Shown piece by piece: positions 34,591 to 43,468 of a stretch of DNA of 64,000 nucleotides; the stretch's first letter is position 1, and the number at the start of each line of letters is the position of its first letter. A program made the translations under genes and the position numbers. The notes under the pieces were generated by a model. That model was not told the DNA's origin. It searched no databases and saw only the letters and a program-made list of their open reading frames with translations. The DNA lies in assembly GCA_943350395.1 (NCBI GenBank), contig CALRAD010000001.1:133812-197811 (forward strand). The letters run 5' to 3'. Source of the stretch: Candidatus Peribacteria bacterium (lineage in GTDB: Bacteria > Patescibacteriota > Gracilibacteria > Peribacterales > Peribacteraceae).

Positions 34591-35938
34591 GGAGAGAAGA
34601 GGTAAAGTGTTGAAATTGCTTCTGTGCCTGATTCACAAGCATTGGCATGCCATCACATACACGATACCCGAGTTTTCCCGCATCGCGCATGAACGAGGTG
34701 ATTTTCCCATAACGCAGGTCAATCGCGACTGCGGATTTGGAAGAAGGCTTCGGAACAGGAAGACTCACATCTTCGGATACGGCACAGATAACAGCATCCG
34801 ACTTGAAAGACGCTACGTAACACATCGGCTCTATCGAAACACAAAATTTCTGAAGTGCTGCTTTTGCTTTCTTCGTATTGCGGGCAAAGATCGTGATACT
34901 TGCATTTGTATTCAGACGTCGTATCGCAATAATGGCTGAGGGAAGGGCTCCGCCTGCACCAAGAATAGCAATGTCTTTCGCTTTCTTTAGTTCCGGATAG
35001 CCCTTCTGTATGCCATACACATCCGTATTGAACGCTCTGAAGCCTGTACCAGACTTCACCAGTGTGTTCGCAACACCAAGTCTGCGCGTAATAGCGTCGT
35101 GCTTTTTCGCCATCGCGAACGCCTCTCTCTTGAACGGTGCGGTAACAGAGAAACCCTGCACGCCTATCTTCTGGAGAATCTTTATCGTCTTCTTAAAATT
35201 CTCCGTAGGAAAACAGGAATACAGAGCATTGATCTTGTGCTTTCGGAAAAGGGTATTATGAATGACAGGGCTTAAAGAAGAGACAATCTGATTGCCTCCG
35301 ATAATGCCAAACAGAGCTGGCGCCTGCCTTGCCGGTAGGCAGGTTCTCGCCTGCGGCAATAATCGATAGAACGACAGAGGAAGCTGCCCGATTGCCGAAG
35401 GTTCTGTGCCATCAAGAAATGTATAGGTCAGCTCATTTCTTATCGGTGAGGTGACACGAAGAAGATGCGCCTTCTCACCCATGCCTGAAACAGTAGATCG
35501 TATACTTTTTTTGTTCAATAATTCCTGCAGATTCCAAAGCTTTAAAACATCATCGTAGTCATTCACTACTGTTGCCAGCTTGATCATCCATGGTTTTAAT
35601 GAATACATTTTTTGTACAATATTTTTCAATGCTGTCAGGGCTGGAGTGGATTTGTAATCATGCAAACTAAGTATTACTTTTACTCTTATCGGAAGAGAAC
35701 GAAGCAGTAAGCATTCAGCCGTATCAAGATCAACGTAGGAAGGCTTGAATCGCCGAATGAATCCAAGGCCTGCACCTCTCGGAGAGACAAGAATCGGCAA
35801 CGATGAATCGAATGCCTTCACATTCGGCGTAATATCTCCGCGTATTTCCAGAAGCTTTGCACCTGCTTTCTTTGCCTTCAATGCAAACTGTCTTGCACGC
35901 TTCGTTGCCGAGAGAGGAAGAGTGACGACGAGCATCAT
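34580..35938 (-). CDS. aroDE: bifunctional type I 3-dehydroquinate dehydratase / shikimate dehydrogenase
   Basis: The N-terminal domain has LLEIRGD and SLHDY (AroD). The C-terminal domain has FGIIGGNQIVSSLSPVIHN, NTD and GAGGA (AroE). It is a single 452-aa ORF. Confidence 0.88.
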   Translation of the reverse strand: MMLVVTLPLSATKRARQFALKAKKAGAKLLEIRGDITPNVKAFDSSLPILVSPRGAGLGFIRRFKPSYVDLDTAECLLLRSLPIRVKVILSLHDYKSTPALTALKNIVQKMYSLKPWMIKLATVVNDYDDVLKLWNLQELLNKKSIRSTVSGMGEKAHLLRVTSPIRNELTYTFLDGTEPSAIGQLPLSFYRLLPQARTCLPARQAPALFGIIGGNQIVSSLSPVIHNTLFRKHKINALYSCFPTENFKKTIKILQKIGVQGFSVTAPFKREAFAMAKKHDAITRRLGVANTLVKSGTGFRAFNTDVYGIQKGYPELKKAKDIAILGAGGALPSAIIAIRRLNTNASITIFARNTKKAKAALQKFCVSIEPMCYVASFKSDAVICAVSEDVSLPVPKPSSKSAVAIDLRYGKITSFMRDAGKLGYRVCDGMPMLVNQAQKQFQHFTSSLHGK

Positions 35939-37743
35939 CAGAGTGAATCGGAATGAACGAGTGCGCGCAAAGCCTTCACTGCAAAGGGAACCTGAGCGGA
36001 ATAGCGGAGTTTCGGCGGAATCATGATCGTTGCAACTTCTTTGTAGTTGGGCGCTCGCTCGACGAGAAGCTTATGGACCTCTTCATGAAGCGGAAGTCCT
36101 GTGATCGCAGGTCTCTTCCCCGATTCCAGTCGTTGAAGAAGTTCTGCCTTCGTAGCTTGCACCCAAATCACCACGGCACGACCCTTGAGCATTGATCTGG
36201 TCTTTTTGGACTCCGTCGCACCGCCACCGAGAGAGACAACGCTTCCTGCGGTCAAAAGAGCTTCGATGATTTGCTCTTCTTTCTCTCGAAACTCCGCCCA
36301 TCCGTGCGCCGCAATGTATTCCTTGATCGGACCATGCTTTTCCACAAAAACATGATCGCTGTCCTTCGACTTCAGTTTGAGCTTAGCAGCGAGCCGTCTC
36401 CCGAGACTCGACTTACCGGCTCCGCGCATGCCGACGATGACGATCGGTCGGGGCGATGCGGTGACCGAGACTAGATGATCGAAGAATGCAGGATAACTTT
36501 TTGCAGTGCAGTGAGGATCCTTGATGCCAATGGCTCCGATCTTCAGACCAAGAATAGAAAAGCACATCGCCATGCGGTGATCGTCGTGAGGATCAAGACA
36601 GATATTGGAATTTTGTTTTTGGTTTTTGGAATTTCCTACAATGATTACACCATCGGAATGCTCTGTTATCAAAACGCCGACTTTCTTCAGCTCACTTGTG
36701 ATCACGGCAAGTCGATCGCATTCTTTGTGACGGAGATTTTTGGCACCCGTGATCGTCGTCTTGCCATTTCGGAATGCCGCAAGCACCGCAAGGTTCATCA
36801 CTTGATCCGGAATGCTGCTGCAGTCGATCGTGATATCACCCCTCTTTCTCAAGGTGACGATGAACTCCGGAAGACTTCGATCCGCCTGAGTGGAATCAGC
36901 ATGAAGATTAACGCAGCGGATACGACTCCGCGAGAGTTCGTTCAGAACAAGCCAGCTACCGGCCGCACTCCAGTCTCCTTCGACGTCGTACGTTACGACA
37001 CCGCTAATGGGGACGCGCGCGCTAATTTGAACAATAAATGTATTCAATTTTCTCTCTATCTTGAAGCCATAATCCATCATTGTCTGCAATGTAAGTTCCA
37101 TATATGACTCCGACGCAAGCGGACCGTCCAATTCGATCGTCAGACCGCTTGGCAGCATCGGTGCGATGAGCAGAAGTGACGTAAGGTATTGGCTGCTCAT
37201 GCTTGCATTCAAACGAACGACCGAGCCCTTAAGGCTGCCACCTTTCACTCTGATCGGAGGACAGCCATTGGTATCCGTGATCTCCGCACCGAGCGAGCGC
37301 AGAGCCGAGACAAGATCCCCAATTGGACGTTTCTGCATGTGTGCATCTCCTGTCAGTGTCCAGTCACCGGGAACAAGAGCCGCAACGGACACGAGAAAAC
37401 GGAGAGCGGTTCCTGCGTTGTGGCAATCGAGCACGGTGCCTTCCTCCACCCCCATCCTCGATCCTTCCCCCGAGGGGGGAAGGAAGCTCTGCTGAGGGAG
37501 ACCTCCAATGATCTTCAACTCTCCTTTTTCCTTATCAATCCATTGAATCTGAAATTTCATCTTCTGCAAATTCTCGACCATGACGAGCACATCATCACAC
37601 GGAGTGGCATTCCGAATGATCGTGGTACCCTGTGAAAAACAGGCGCAGATGATCGCACGATTGCTGTGTGACTTCGAGCCGGGAAGTATCAGATCTGCTT
37701 CGACGGGAAATTGAAGTGCCGGCACATCGAAGACTGTATTCAT
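35938..37743 (-). CDS. aroAK: bifunctional EPSP synthase / shikimate kinase
   Basis: LPGSKSHSNRAIICA, LDCHNAGTALRF and RHKECDR (AroA), followed by IVIVGMRGAGKSSLGRRLA and LGGGA (AroK). It is a single 601-aa ORF. Confidence 0.9.
   Translation of the reverse strand: MNTVFDVPALQFPVEADLILPGSKSHSNRAIICACFSQGTTIIRNATPCDDVLVMVENLQKMKFQIQWIDKEKGELKIIGGLPQQSFLPPSGEGSRMGVEEGTVLDCHNAGTALRFLVSVAALVPGDWTLTGDAHMQKRPIGDLVSALRSLGAEITDTNGCPPIRVKGGSLKGSVVRLNASMSSQYLTSLLLIAPMLPSGLTIELDGPLASESYMELTLQTMMDYGFKIERKLNTFIVQISARVPISGVVTYDVEGDWSAAGSWLVLNELSRSRIRCVNLHADSTQADRSLPEFIVTLRKRGDITIDCSSIPDQVMNLAVLAAFRNGKTTITGAKNLRHKECDRLAVITSELKKVGVLITEHSDGVIIVGNSKNQKQNSNICLDPHDDHRMAMCFSILGLKIGAIGIKDPHCTAKSYPAFFDHLVSVTASPRPIVIVGMRGAGKSSLGRRLAAKLKLKSKDSDHVFVEKHGPIKEYIAAHGWAEFREKEEQIIEALLTAGSVVSLGGGATESKKTRSMLKGRAVVIWVQATKAELLQRLESGKRPAITGLPLHEEVHKLLVERAPNYKEVATIMIPPKLRYSAQVPFAVKALRALVHSDSL
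36604..36636 (-). repeat. GGAAATTCCAAA-type repeat, in-frame copy inside aroA~aroK
   Basis: Minus-strand reading GGAAATTCCAAAAACCAAAAACAAAATTCCAAT encodes GNSKNQKQNSN in the EPSP synthase part. Confidence 0.8.
37449..37491. repeat. family C hairpin repeat, in-frame copy inside aroA
   Basis: CCCCCATCCTCGATCCTTCCCCCGAGGGGGGAAGGAAGCTCTG shares both flanks with 43334-43380. It encodes ..QSFLPPSGEGSRMGV.. Confidence 0.8.
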
Positions 37744-38843
37744 GGAAATAGTGTCAGGAATTGCTCACCTGTAAGAGTCTTTACTGCACCCTCCCCGATG
37801 CTGATTGGAACAGCACAGCGTACAGCTCCGTTCTCGTTCTTCTTATCCGAGAGCATCACTGCCCAGAGTGCATCGGCACTCATCGAATCAAGAATCGACA
37901 GAGGCATAGCGATGGCTTGCAGAAGGTCTGAAACACGCTTCAGATCTTTGGATTGCAGAGTTTTCATTTCTGCGATCATCCCAATCGACACTGCTGCTCC
38001 ATGCGAAAGTTTGTACCGGGACAGTGCTTCGACCGCGTGCCCGATCGTGTGACCGAAATTGAGAAGCAGACGCGTATCGCGATCGTGTTCATCTTGCTCT
38101 ACGATGCGCACTTTTGCCTCGATCGCGCGCGACACACATTCGGAAAGTTCGGTGGACGTGCGTTTCATGACTTCTCCAATGTTCTCTTCGAGCCACGAAA
38201 AGAAAGGCGCATCAACCATGGCAGCGATCTTGATGACTTCGACCAATCCTTCCGAGAACTGCGCCTGAGGAAGTTTTTTGAGAAGTTCGAGATCGATCAT
38301 CACAGACTCTGGATGCGACAGTGTGCCGATCATATTCTTGCGTCCTCCCGCGTTCACTGCAGTCTTCCCGCCGATCGCCGCATCGCACACGGCAAGCAGG
38401 CTGGTCGGCACGAGTACACACGCAATGCCGCGCATAAAGACACCGGCGACGAAGCCGCCGAGATCAGTGAGCATCCCGCCGCCGCTGCAGATCAGGAGAG
38501 TGTTGCGCGTACAACCGGCATCGAGCATGAGTGCCGTAATACGCTCGACTTCCTGAAGAGATTTGGAAGCATCACCCGGAGGAACCGGAATCGAAATGCA
38601 GGAGGGGAGAGATTTCTGAATGCGCTGTGCAATCGCTTCGATGCCTTTGTCATAGAGGAGGACGACACGATCGAAAGATTCTGTTTTCAGGGCGGATGCG
38701 AGATCATCGATCAGGCTTTCGCCGATCACAATCTTCGTCGGTTTTCTTTCTCTTGCCGGAGGAGTGAGGGTGAGAGTGTGCACGGGATAAGGGTTAGGGA
38801 GAGAGGGTAGAGACGCAAAATTTTGCGTCTCTACGAAAATCAT
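37740..38843 (-). CDS. aroB: 3-dehydroquinate synthase
   Basis: GGGMLTDLGGFVAGVFMRGI, LNFGHTIGHAVE. The start was set at the ATGA overlap with the DAHP synthase stop (38840-38843). The listed ORF start at 39023 lies inside the upstream gene. Confidence 0.9.
   Translation of the reverse strand: MIFVETQNFASLPSLPNPYPVHTLTLTPPARERKPTKIVIGESLIDDLASALKTESFDRVVLLYDKGIEAIAQRIQKSLPSCISIPVPPGDASKSLQEVERITALMLDAGCTRNTLLICSGGGMLTDLGGFVAGVFMRGIACVLVPTSLLAVCDAAIGGKTAVNAGGRKNMIGTLSHPESVMIDLELLKKLPQAQFSEGLVEVIKIAAMVDAPFFSWLEENIGEVMKRTSTELSECVSRAIEAKVRIVEQDEHDRDTRLLLNFGHTIGHAVEALSRYKLSHGAAVSIGMIAEMKTLQSKDLKRVSDLLQAIAMPLSILDSMSADALWAVMLSDKKNENGAVRCAVPISIGEGAVKTLTGEQFLTLFP
38807..38834. repeat. perfect 28-nt palindrome inside the first codons of aroB
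   Basis: GTAGAGACGCAAAATTTTGCGTCTCTAC lies 7-36 nt downstream of the aroB ATG. Confidence 0.9.
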
Positions 38844-39859
38844 ACAACACGCTTTCCGATTGCCTTCGCAACTGCGGTGACACCATCCATGCATTCGTTC
38901 CAGTGTTCCTGGTCCAGCAGCTGCGACGCATCGCAGCTTGATTCGCACGGACGAGGGTGAATCTCGATGATGAGTCCGTCCGCTCCGACAGCAACCCCGC
39001 CGAGTGCGGCATCTTTGACCCAACGGGTCTTTCCCATCGCGTGACTCGGATCGACGATGATCGGCAGATGTGTGAGTTCACGGAGTGCAGGCACCGACCC
39101 AAGACAGAGCGTGAAACGCACTTCTTCTTCAAACGTCCGTATTCCCCTCTCGCAAAGCATCACATTCGGATTACCGCCCGAGAGAATATACTCGGCGGCG
39201 AGGAGCCACTCTTCAAGTTTCGCGGCAAGTCCGCGCTTGAGCATCACCGGCTTTTTCGATTTTCCGAGCGCTTTGAGAAGCTCGTAGTTCTGCATGTTTC
39301 TGGCACCGACCTGAAACATATCGACGTACTGCTCGAAGAGAGGGAGATCTTCGGCTTTCATAATCTCGGAAATCGTTTTCATCCCATACTTGTGTCCGGT
39401 CTTTGCGAGAAGCTTCAAGCCTTCTTCCCCTTTTCCCTGAAACGAGTACGGACCCGTGCGAGGCTTATATGCTCCGCCTCGGAGAACTTTTACGCCTCTC
39501 GACTTCGCCATGGCAGCCGTTTCATCGAGTTGTCCTTCGGAGTCGATAGAACAAGGACCCGCGATCATGACGACGGACTTCGGATCACCGATGATGCATT
39601 CTTTGGTGACCTCAATGAATGTCCGATCTTTCTTCTCTCTCGATGCCAGCTTGTACGGACGATCCACACGATCAACCGAACGAATGCCAGACATATTCCT
39701 GAGGAACTCGACATCGATACCCGACGTGTCCCCTGTCACCGCAAGCACTCGCTTGTTGCCGCCGATGATGTGCGACTCGCAACCGTGCTTGTCTTTGAGA
39801 AGCGACTGCAATTCTTGGATCAGGGATTCATGATTTTTCTCTTTGATGACGATGAGCAT
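38840..39859 (-). CDS. aroF: 3-deoxy-7-phosphoheptulonate (DAHP) synthase, class I-beta with N-terminal regulatory domain
   Basis: KLASRE.., IAGPCSIDSE, LRGGAYKPRTGPYSFQG, DPSHA. It has an N-terminal extension of about 70 aa like Thermotoga-type enzymes. Confidence 0.9.
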   Translation of the reverse strand: MLIVIKEKNHESLIQELQSLLKDKHGCESHIIGGNKRVLAVTGDTSGIDVEFLRNMSGIRSVDRVDRPYKLASREKKDRTFIEVTKECIIGDPKSVVMIAGPCSIDSEGQLDETAAMAKSRGVKVLRGGAYKPRTGPYSFQGKGEEGLKLLAKTGHKYGMKTISEIMKAEDLPLFEQYVDMFQVGARNMQNYELLKALGKSKKPVMLKRGLAAKLEEWLLAAEYILSGGNPNVMLCERGIRTFEEEVRFTLCLGSVPALRELTHLPIIVDPSHAMGKTRWVKDAALGGVAVGADGLIIEIHPRPCESSCDASQLLDQEHWNECMDGVTAVAKAIGKRVV

Positions 39860-39887
39860 AAAAGCGAGGGTTAGGGATGAAGGATAG

Positions 39888-39924
39888 GCCTGCCCTCCGT
39901 AGCTTTAGCGAAGGAGGGGTGAGG
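39888..39924 (+). repeat. family B repeat (GCCTGCC..CCGWAGCT..GAAGGAG)
   Basis: GCCTGCCCTCCGTAGCTTTAGCGAAGGAGGGGTGAGG. Related copies lie at 13461-13488 and, reverse-complemented, at 15500-15535. Confidence 0.7.
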
Positions 39925-40157
39925 AATGTGAAAGTAACCCGCTCTCTCTTTGAGGGGAGCAGGTGCTCTGGGATCAAAGAGGGAGATTAGAGGAAGGTAA
40001 AGTATGCAAAACCAAAGGCACCAAAAGCGGCTGCCCAATAAAAAGCCTTGAGACTCGGACGCCTGAGGGCGAGAACTTTGGTACGCATGTACAGGGAAAG
40101 GATAGGCTTGGAGAGGGAGAAGTCAAGCAAATTGGCATCTCTGCTACTATTGAATGC

Positions 40158-41582
40158 GTGATACAAGATTTAAAAAAACTAAGGCAGAAACACGTGTGGT
40201 CATGGGACATCATCATCGTCGCAGGATTGGCGCTGCTGTTCTTCTGGCTACAGGTGCGGTATCTGCATCTTGCAGCATATCCAAAAACGGATGAAGGCAT
40301 ATACGCAGAAGCCGGTGCAATGATGATGAGAGGACTCAGACCTTATGAGGACTTTCCTCTTTCACATATGCCGCTCCTGCCGTTTTTGATCGGCATTGGT
40401 CTAAAACTGTTTCATGGGATGTATCCCTTACGGCTTCTCTATCTAGCGATGAACTGCATTGCCATTCTTCCACTGTATGCCGTGATGCAAAAAATTATTA
40501 CAGATAAGTTTGCAGGAATCATCGCCATTTTTTTCTACCTTACTTTTTATGAAATGGTGAATCACGATTTCCGTTTTCTTGCAATTCGGCAAACTGCAAA
40601 TGCACTCTTCATCATCTATCTGTGGCTCATTGTTGCCGGTAAACCGACGAAACTGAACATGTTAAGTCAATGCATCATCGCAGCTCTCTCTACTCTTCTT
40701 TTTCTGCCTGCAGCAATCAACATCGCCATTGTTTCAACGGTAGTGAGTTGGAACGCTTCAGAATTTCATCGAAAACATGCTTACGAGCAAAGCATTCTGA
40801 TCTACACCGGTATCGGCGTGACATTCATTCTTGCGTCAATCCTTCTGCCTGGACTGGTGCAAGAATCCATTGTCTCCCAACTCGGACGCGACGGATCGGA
40901 TCGACTCACGCGTATCGGACTCATGGCACTCACAACATGGGATATATCCTTTTTGCTCATGGCAATTACCGGAATTGTGATCGGATGCCAGCAAAAGAAA
41001 TCATCTATCATTGCATGTGCGCTCGGCTTCATCATCTTTGTCACGATTTTTCTGCCAGAGTCGTACTACCCTCACTACCTGTCACTTGCCGGTCCCGCAC
41101 TCGCTATAGGAGCTTTTTTCCTGCTAGCATGGGTTTTGAAATTTTTAGAATATAAATTCTTTATCATCCTTCCATTCGCAGTCGGACTCACTGTCTGGCA
41201 TTTGCTTCAAGCCATGCCTTCATTACTGAAAGAATGGAAATACAATCCAAATTCCGACTATCACGCTCTGGTAGCCATCTTGCAAAAAAGCCATGCTCCT
41301 CTGCTGACACTCGAACCTATTTACGCCGTAGAATCGGGTCTTTCGATTACTGAAGATGTTATTGAAGATGCCTTCCGTATGCCATGGAAACCACAAAATT
41401 TCACAAATCAAGGTACAAAAAACATGTCTGAAGAAGCTTGCACAATCTTACTTGAAGCAAAGGCACGCTTGTACTTCCCTATCGAAACTCAAAAAGAATG
41501 GCTTCGAAAATATCCCGTACTATTGCACAATAGTTCCGGAACTGTTCTTTGGACCGAGAATTCGTTCTGCGAGAAAAACTGA
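40158..41582 (+). CDS. polytopic membrane glycosyltransferase (ArnT/PMT_2-like)
   Basis: About 12 TM helices. The first loop, YPKTDEGIYAEAGAMMMRGLRPYEDFPLSHMPLLP, is typical of GT39/83-like enzymes. The start is uncertain: GTG 40158 was chosen because upstream ORF sequence is repeat-derived. Confidence 0.65.
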   Translation: MIQDLKKLRQKHVWSWDIIIVAGLALLFFWLQVRYLHLAAYPKTDEGIYAEAGAMMMRGLRPYEDFPLSHMPLLPFLIGIGLKLFHGMYPLRLLYLAMNCIAILPLYAVMQKIITDKFAGIIAIFFYLTFYEMVNHDFRFLAIRQTANALFIIYLWLIVAGKPTKLNMLSQCIIAALSTLLFLPAAINIAIVSTVVSWNASEFHRKHAYEQSILIYTGIGVTFILASILLPGLVQESIVSQLGRDGSDRLTRIGLMALTTWDISFLLMAITGIVIGCQQKKSSIIACALGFIIFVTIFLPESYYPHYLSLAGPALAIGAFFLLAWVLKFLEYKFFIILPFAVGLTVWHLLQAMPSLLKEWKYNPNSDYHALVAILQKSHAPLLTLEPIYAVESGLSITEDVIEDAFRMPWKPQNFTNQGTKNMSEEACTILLEAKARLYFPIETQKEWLRKYPVLLHNSSGTVLWTENSFCEKN

Positions 41583-41634
41583 CGCCTAGCAAAATTTTCC
41601 ATTAGACAAAAATTGCACTATCGTTCCAGTTGTT

Positions 41635-43314
41635 ATGCCTTCCTGCTCACTCTGCCGGCAAACGTTCGTCATCGAGTCCGATGAGACGGCATTTGTACAA
41701 AAGATGACATTCACCTTTGGGAAAGTCGTCGTGCATCCCGAGGTACCGCGGGAGTGTCCGATGTGCAGACTGAAAATACGAACGGCGCACAGAAATGAAC
41801 GGTTTCTCTACAAAAGAGAATCCGACAAGTCGGGACGTGACATCGTCTCGGTGTTTCATGCAAAGCCCATGAGCCCCTGCACGGTCTGGTCGCACGAGGA
41901 ATGGCACAGAGACGACTGGGATGCGATCGAGTACGGAAGGCCGTTTGATTTCAACCAATCGTTTTTCCGGCAATTTCAGGAACTCCAGAGCAGAGTCCCG
42001 AAGATGGCGGTCGTGACCGTCGGCAACGAAAACTGCGAATTCACAACGGGTACCGGATACTGCAAGAATTGTTACCTCATCAATTCATCCGAATACTGCG
42101 AGGACTGCTGCTACGGAAAACTTTTTCAGAAATGCAGAAGCTGCTTCGACTGCGCGTACATCTTCGACTCGGAGCTCTGCTACGAATGTTTCTCGGTCTA
42201 CACGTGTTACCAGTGCCGCTTTCTTTCCTTCGCAAAAAACTGCACCGACTGTCAGTTCTCCACTGACCTCCTCGGTTGTAAGAACTGCTTCCTCTGCGCC
42301 AATCTCAGTCGCAAAGAGTACTGCTTCCAAAACCGACAACTCACGAAAGAAGAATACTCAAAACAAATCGCCGTCTACGAAAACTCGTATGAGAAACAAC
42401 AGGAAGCACTCGGTGAACTTACAGAGCTTCGGAAGAGGAGCATTCACCGAGCAGCAAACATCGTGAACTGCGAGAACTGCACGGGCGATTACCTCGAAAA
42501 TTCCAAAAACTGCCGTGACTGCTTCGATATGACGGAGAGTGAGGACTGCAGACACGTCACCGTCGGCATCGGCACCAAGGACTGTCTCGATTGCAGCAAC
42601 ATGTACATCAAGCCGGAACTCTGCTTTATGACACTGGGCACCATCGAAGCCTATAACACCGCCTACTCGCTCTACATTTTTCACAGCCAAAACATTCTGT
42701 ACTCCGAAAACTGTTTTCATAGTGCGGACCTCTTCGGCTGTTCCGGACTGAAGCACAAGAAACACTGCATTCTGAATACGCAGTACATGAAAGAAGAGTA
42801 CGACGAACTGGTGCCGAAAATCATCGAACACATGAAGCGGGGTGGGGAGTGGGGTCACTACTTCCCGGTAACGTCTTCGCCCTTTGGCTACAATGAATCG
42901 CTCGCACATGAGTACATGCCACTCAAGAAAAATGAAGCGTTGAGTTTTGGCTTTCACTGGCGCGACTCGCACGACGAAATCCCTGCAGCATCAAAAGTCA
43001 TCAATGCCAAAGATCTTCCTGATCGGATGAGTGAGACACCCGATGATATTCTGAACTGGGCAATACGATGCGAAGCCTCCGATCGTCCGTATAAAATACA
43101 GAAAGCAGAATTGCAGTTTTATCGGCAACAACAACTCGGGATCCCACGTCTGCATTCGGAGATCCGCTACGAGAACCGCATGAAACTCAGAAATCCGAGA
43201 ACACTCTTCGAGCGTGCGTGCGGCAAGTGCGAAAAGAAAACGATGTCGACATTTGCACCGGAGAGACCGGGGATTATCTACTGTGAAGAGTGTTATAGGA
43301 AAGAAGCAGAGTAA
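41635..43314 (+). CDS. cysteine-repeat protein with terminal zinc-ribbon-like motifs, hypothetical
   Basis: CSLCRQ..CPMCR lies at the N-terminus and CGKCEKK..CEECY at the C-terminus. Two central arrays have CxxC every 12-16 residues. Confidence 0.6.
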   Translation: MPSCSLCRQTFVIESDETAFVQKMTFTFGKVVVHPEVPRECPMCRLKIRTAHRNERFLYKRESDKSGRDIVSVFHAKPMSPCTVWSHEEWHRDDWDAIEYGRPFDFNQSFFRQFQELQSRVPKMAVVTVGNENCEFTTGTGYCKNCYLINSSEYCEDCCYGKLFQKCRSCFDCAYIFDSELCYECFSVYTCYQCRFLSFAKNCTDCQFSTDLLGCKNCFLCANLSRKEYCFQNRQLTKEEYSKQIAVYENSYEKQQEALGELTELRKRSIHRAANIVNCENCTGDYLENSKNCRDCFDMTESEDCRHVTVGIGTKDCLDCSNMYIKPELCFMTLGTIEAYNTAYSLYIFHSQNILYSENCFHSADLFGCSGLKHKKHCILNTQYMKEEYDELVPKIIEHMKRGGEWGHYFPVTSSPFGYNESLAHEYMPLKKNEALSFGFHWRDSHDEIPAASKVINAKDLPDRMSETPDDILNWAIRCEASDRPYKIQKAELQFYRQQQLGIPRLHSEIRYENRMKLRNPRTLFERACGKCEKKTMSTFAPERPGIIYCEECYRKEAE

Positions 43315-43333
43315 AAAGATGCACCTGCGTACA

Positions 43334-43380
43334 GCCCTCATCCTCAATCCTTCTCCAGCAATCTGGAGAAGGAAGCTCTG
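43334..43380 (-). repeat. 47-nt hairpin repeat, family C copy
   Basis: Its reverse complement matches 12644-12690 at 46 of 47 positions. Confidence 0.9.
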
Positions 43381-43407
43381 TTTCACAGAAAAAAAACTTT
43401 GATTTCC

Positions 43408-43464
43408 TGAAGCTCGGGTCTCCTCCTCTCCAGAACGCTGGAGAGGAGGTCGGGAGGTGAGGGC
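43408..43464 (+). repeat. family C-related hairpin repeat
   Basis: The CCTCCTCTCCAG-AACG-CTGGAGAGGAGG hairpin has GAAGCTC and GGTGAGGGC flanks. Confidence 0.7.
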
Positions 43465-43468
43465 TTGT

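Noticed and set aside
38844-39023. Upstream extension of the aroB ORF to 39023
   Set aside because: The extension lies inside the DAHP synthase gene and is Arg/Cys-rich. The internal ATG at 38843 gives the ATGA coupling seen throughout the operon.
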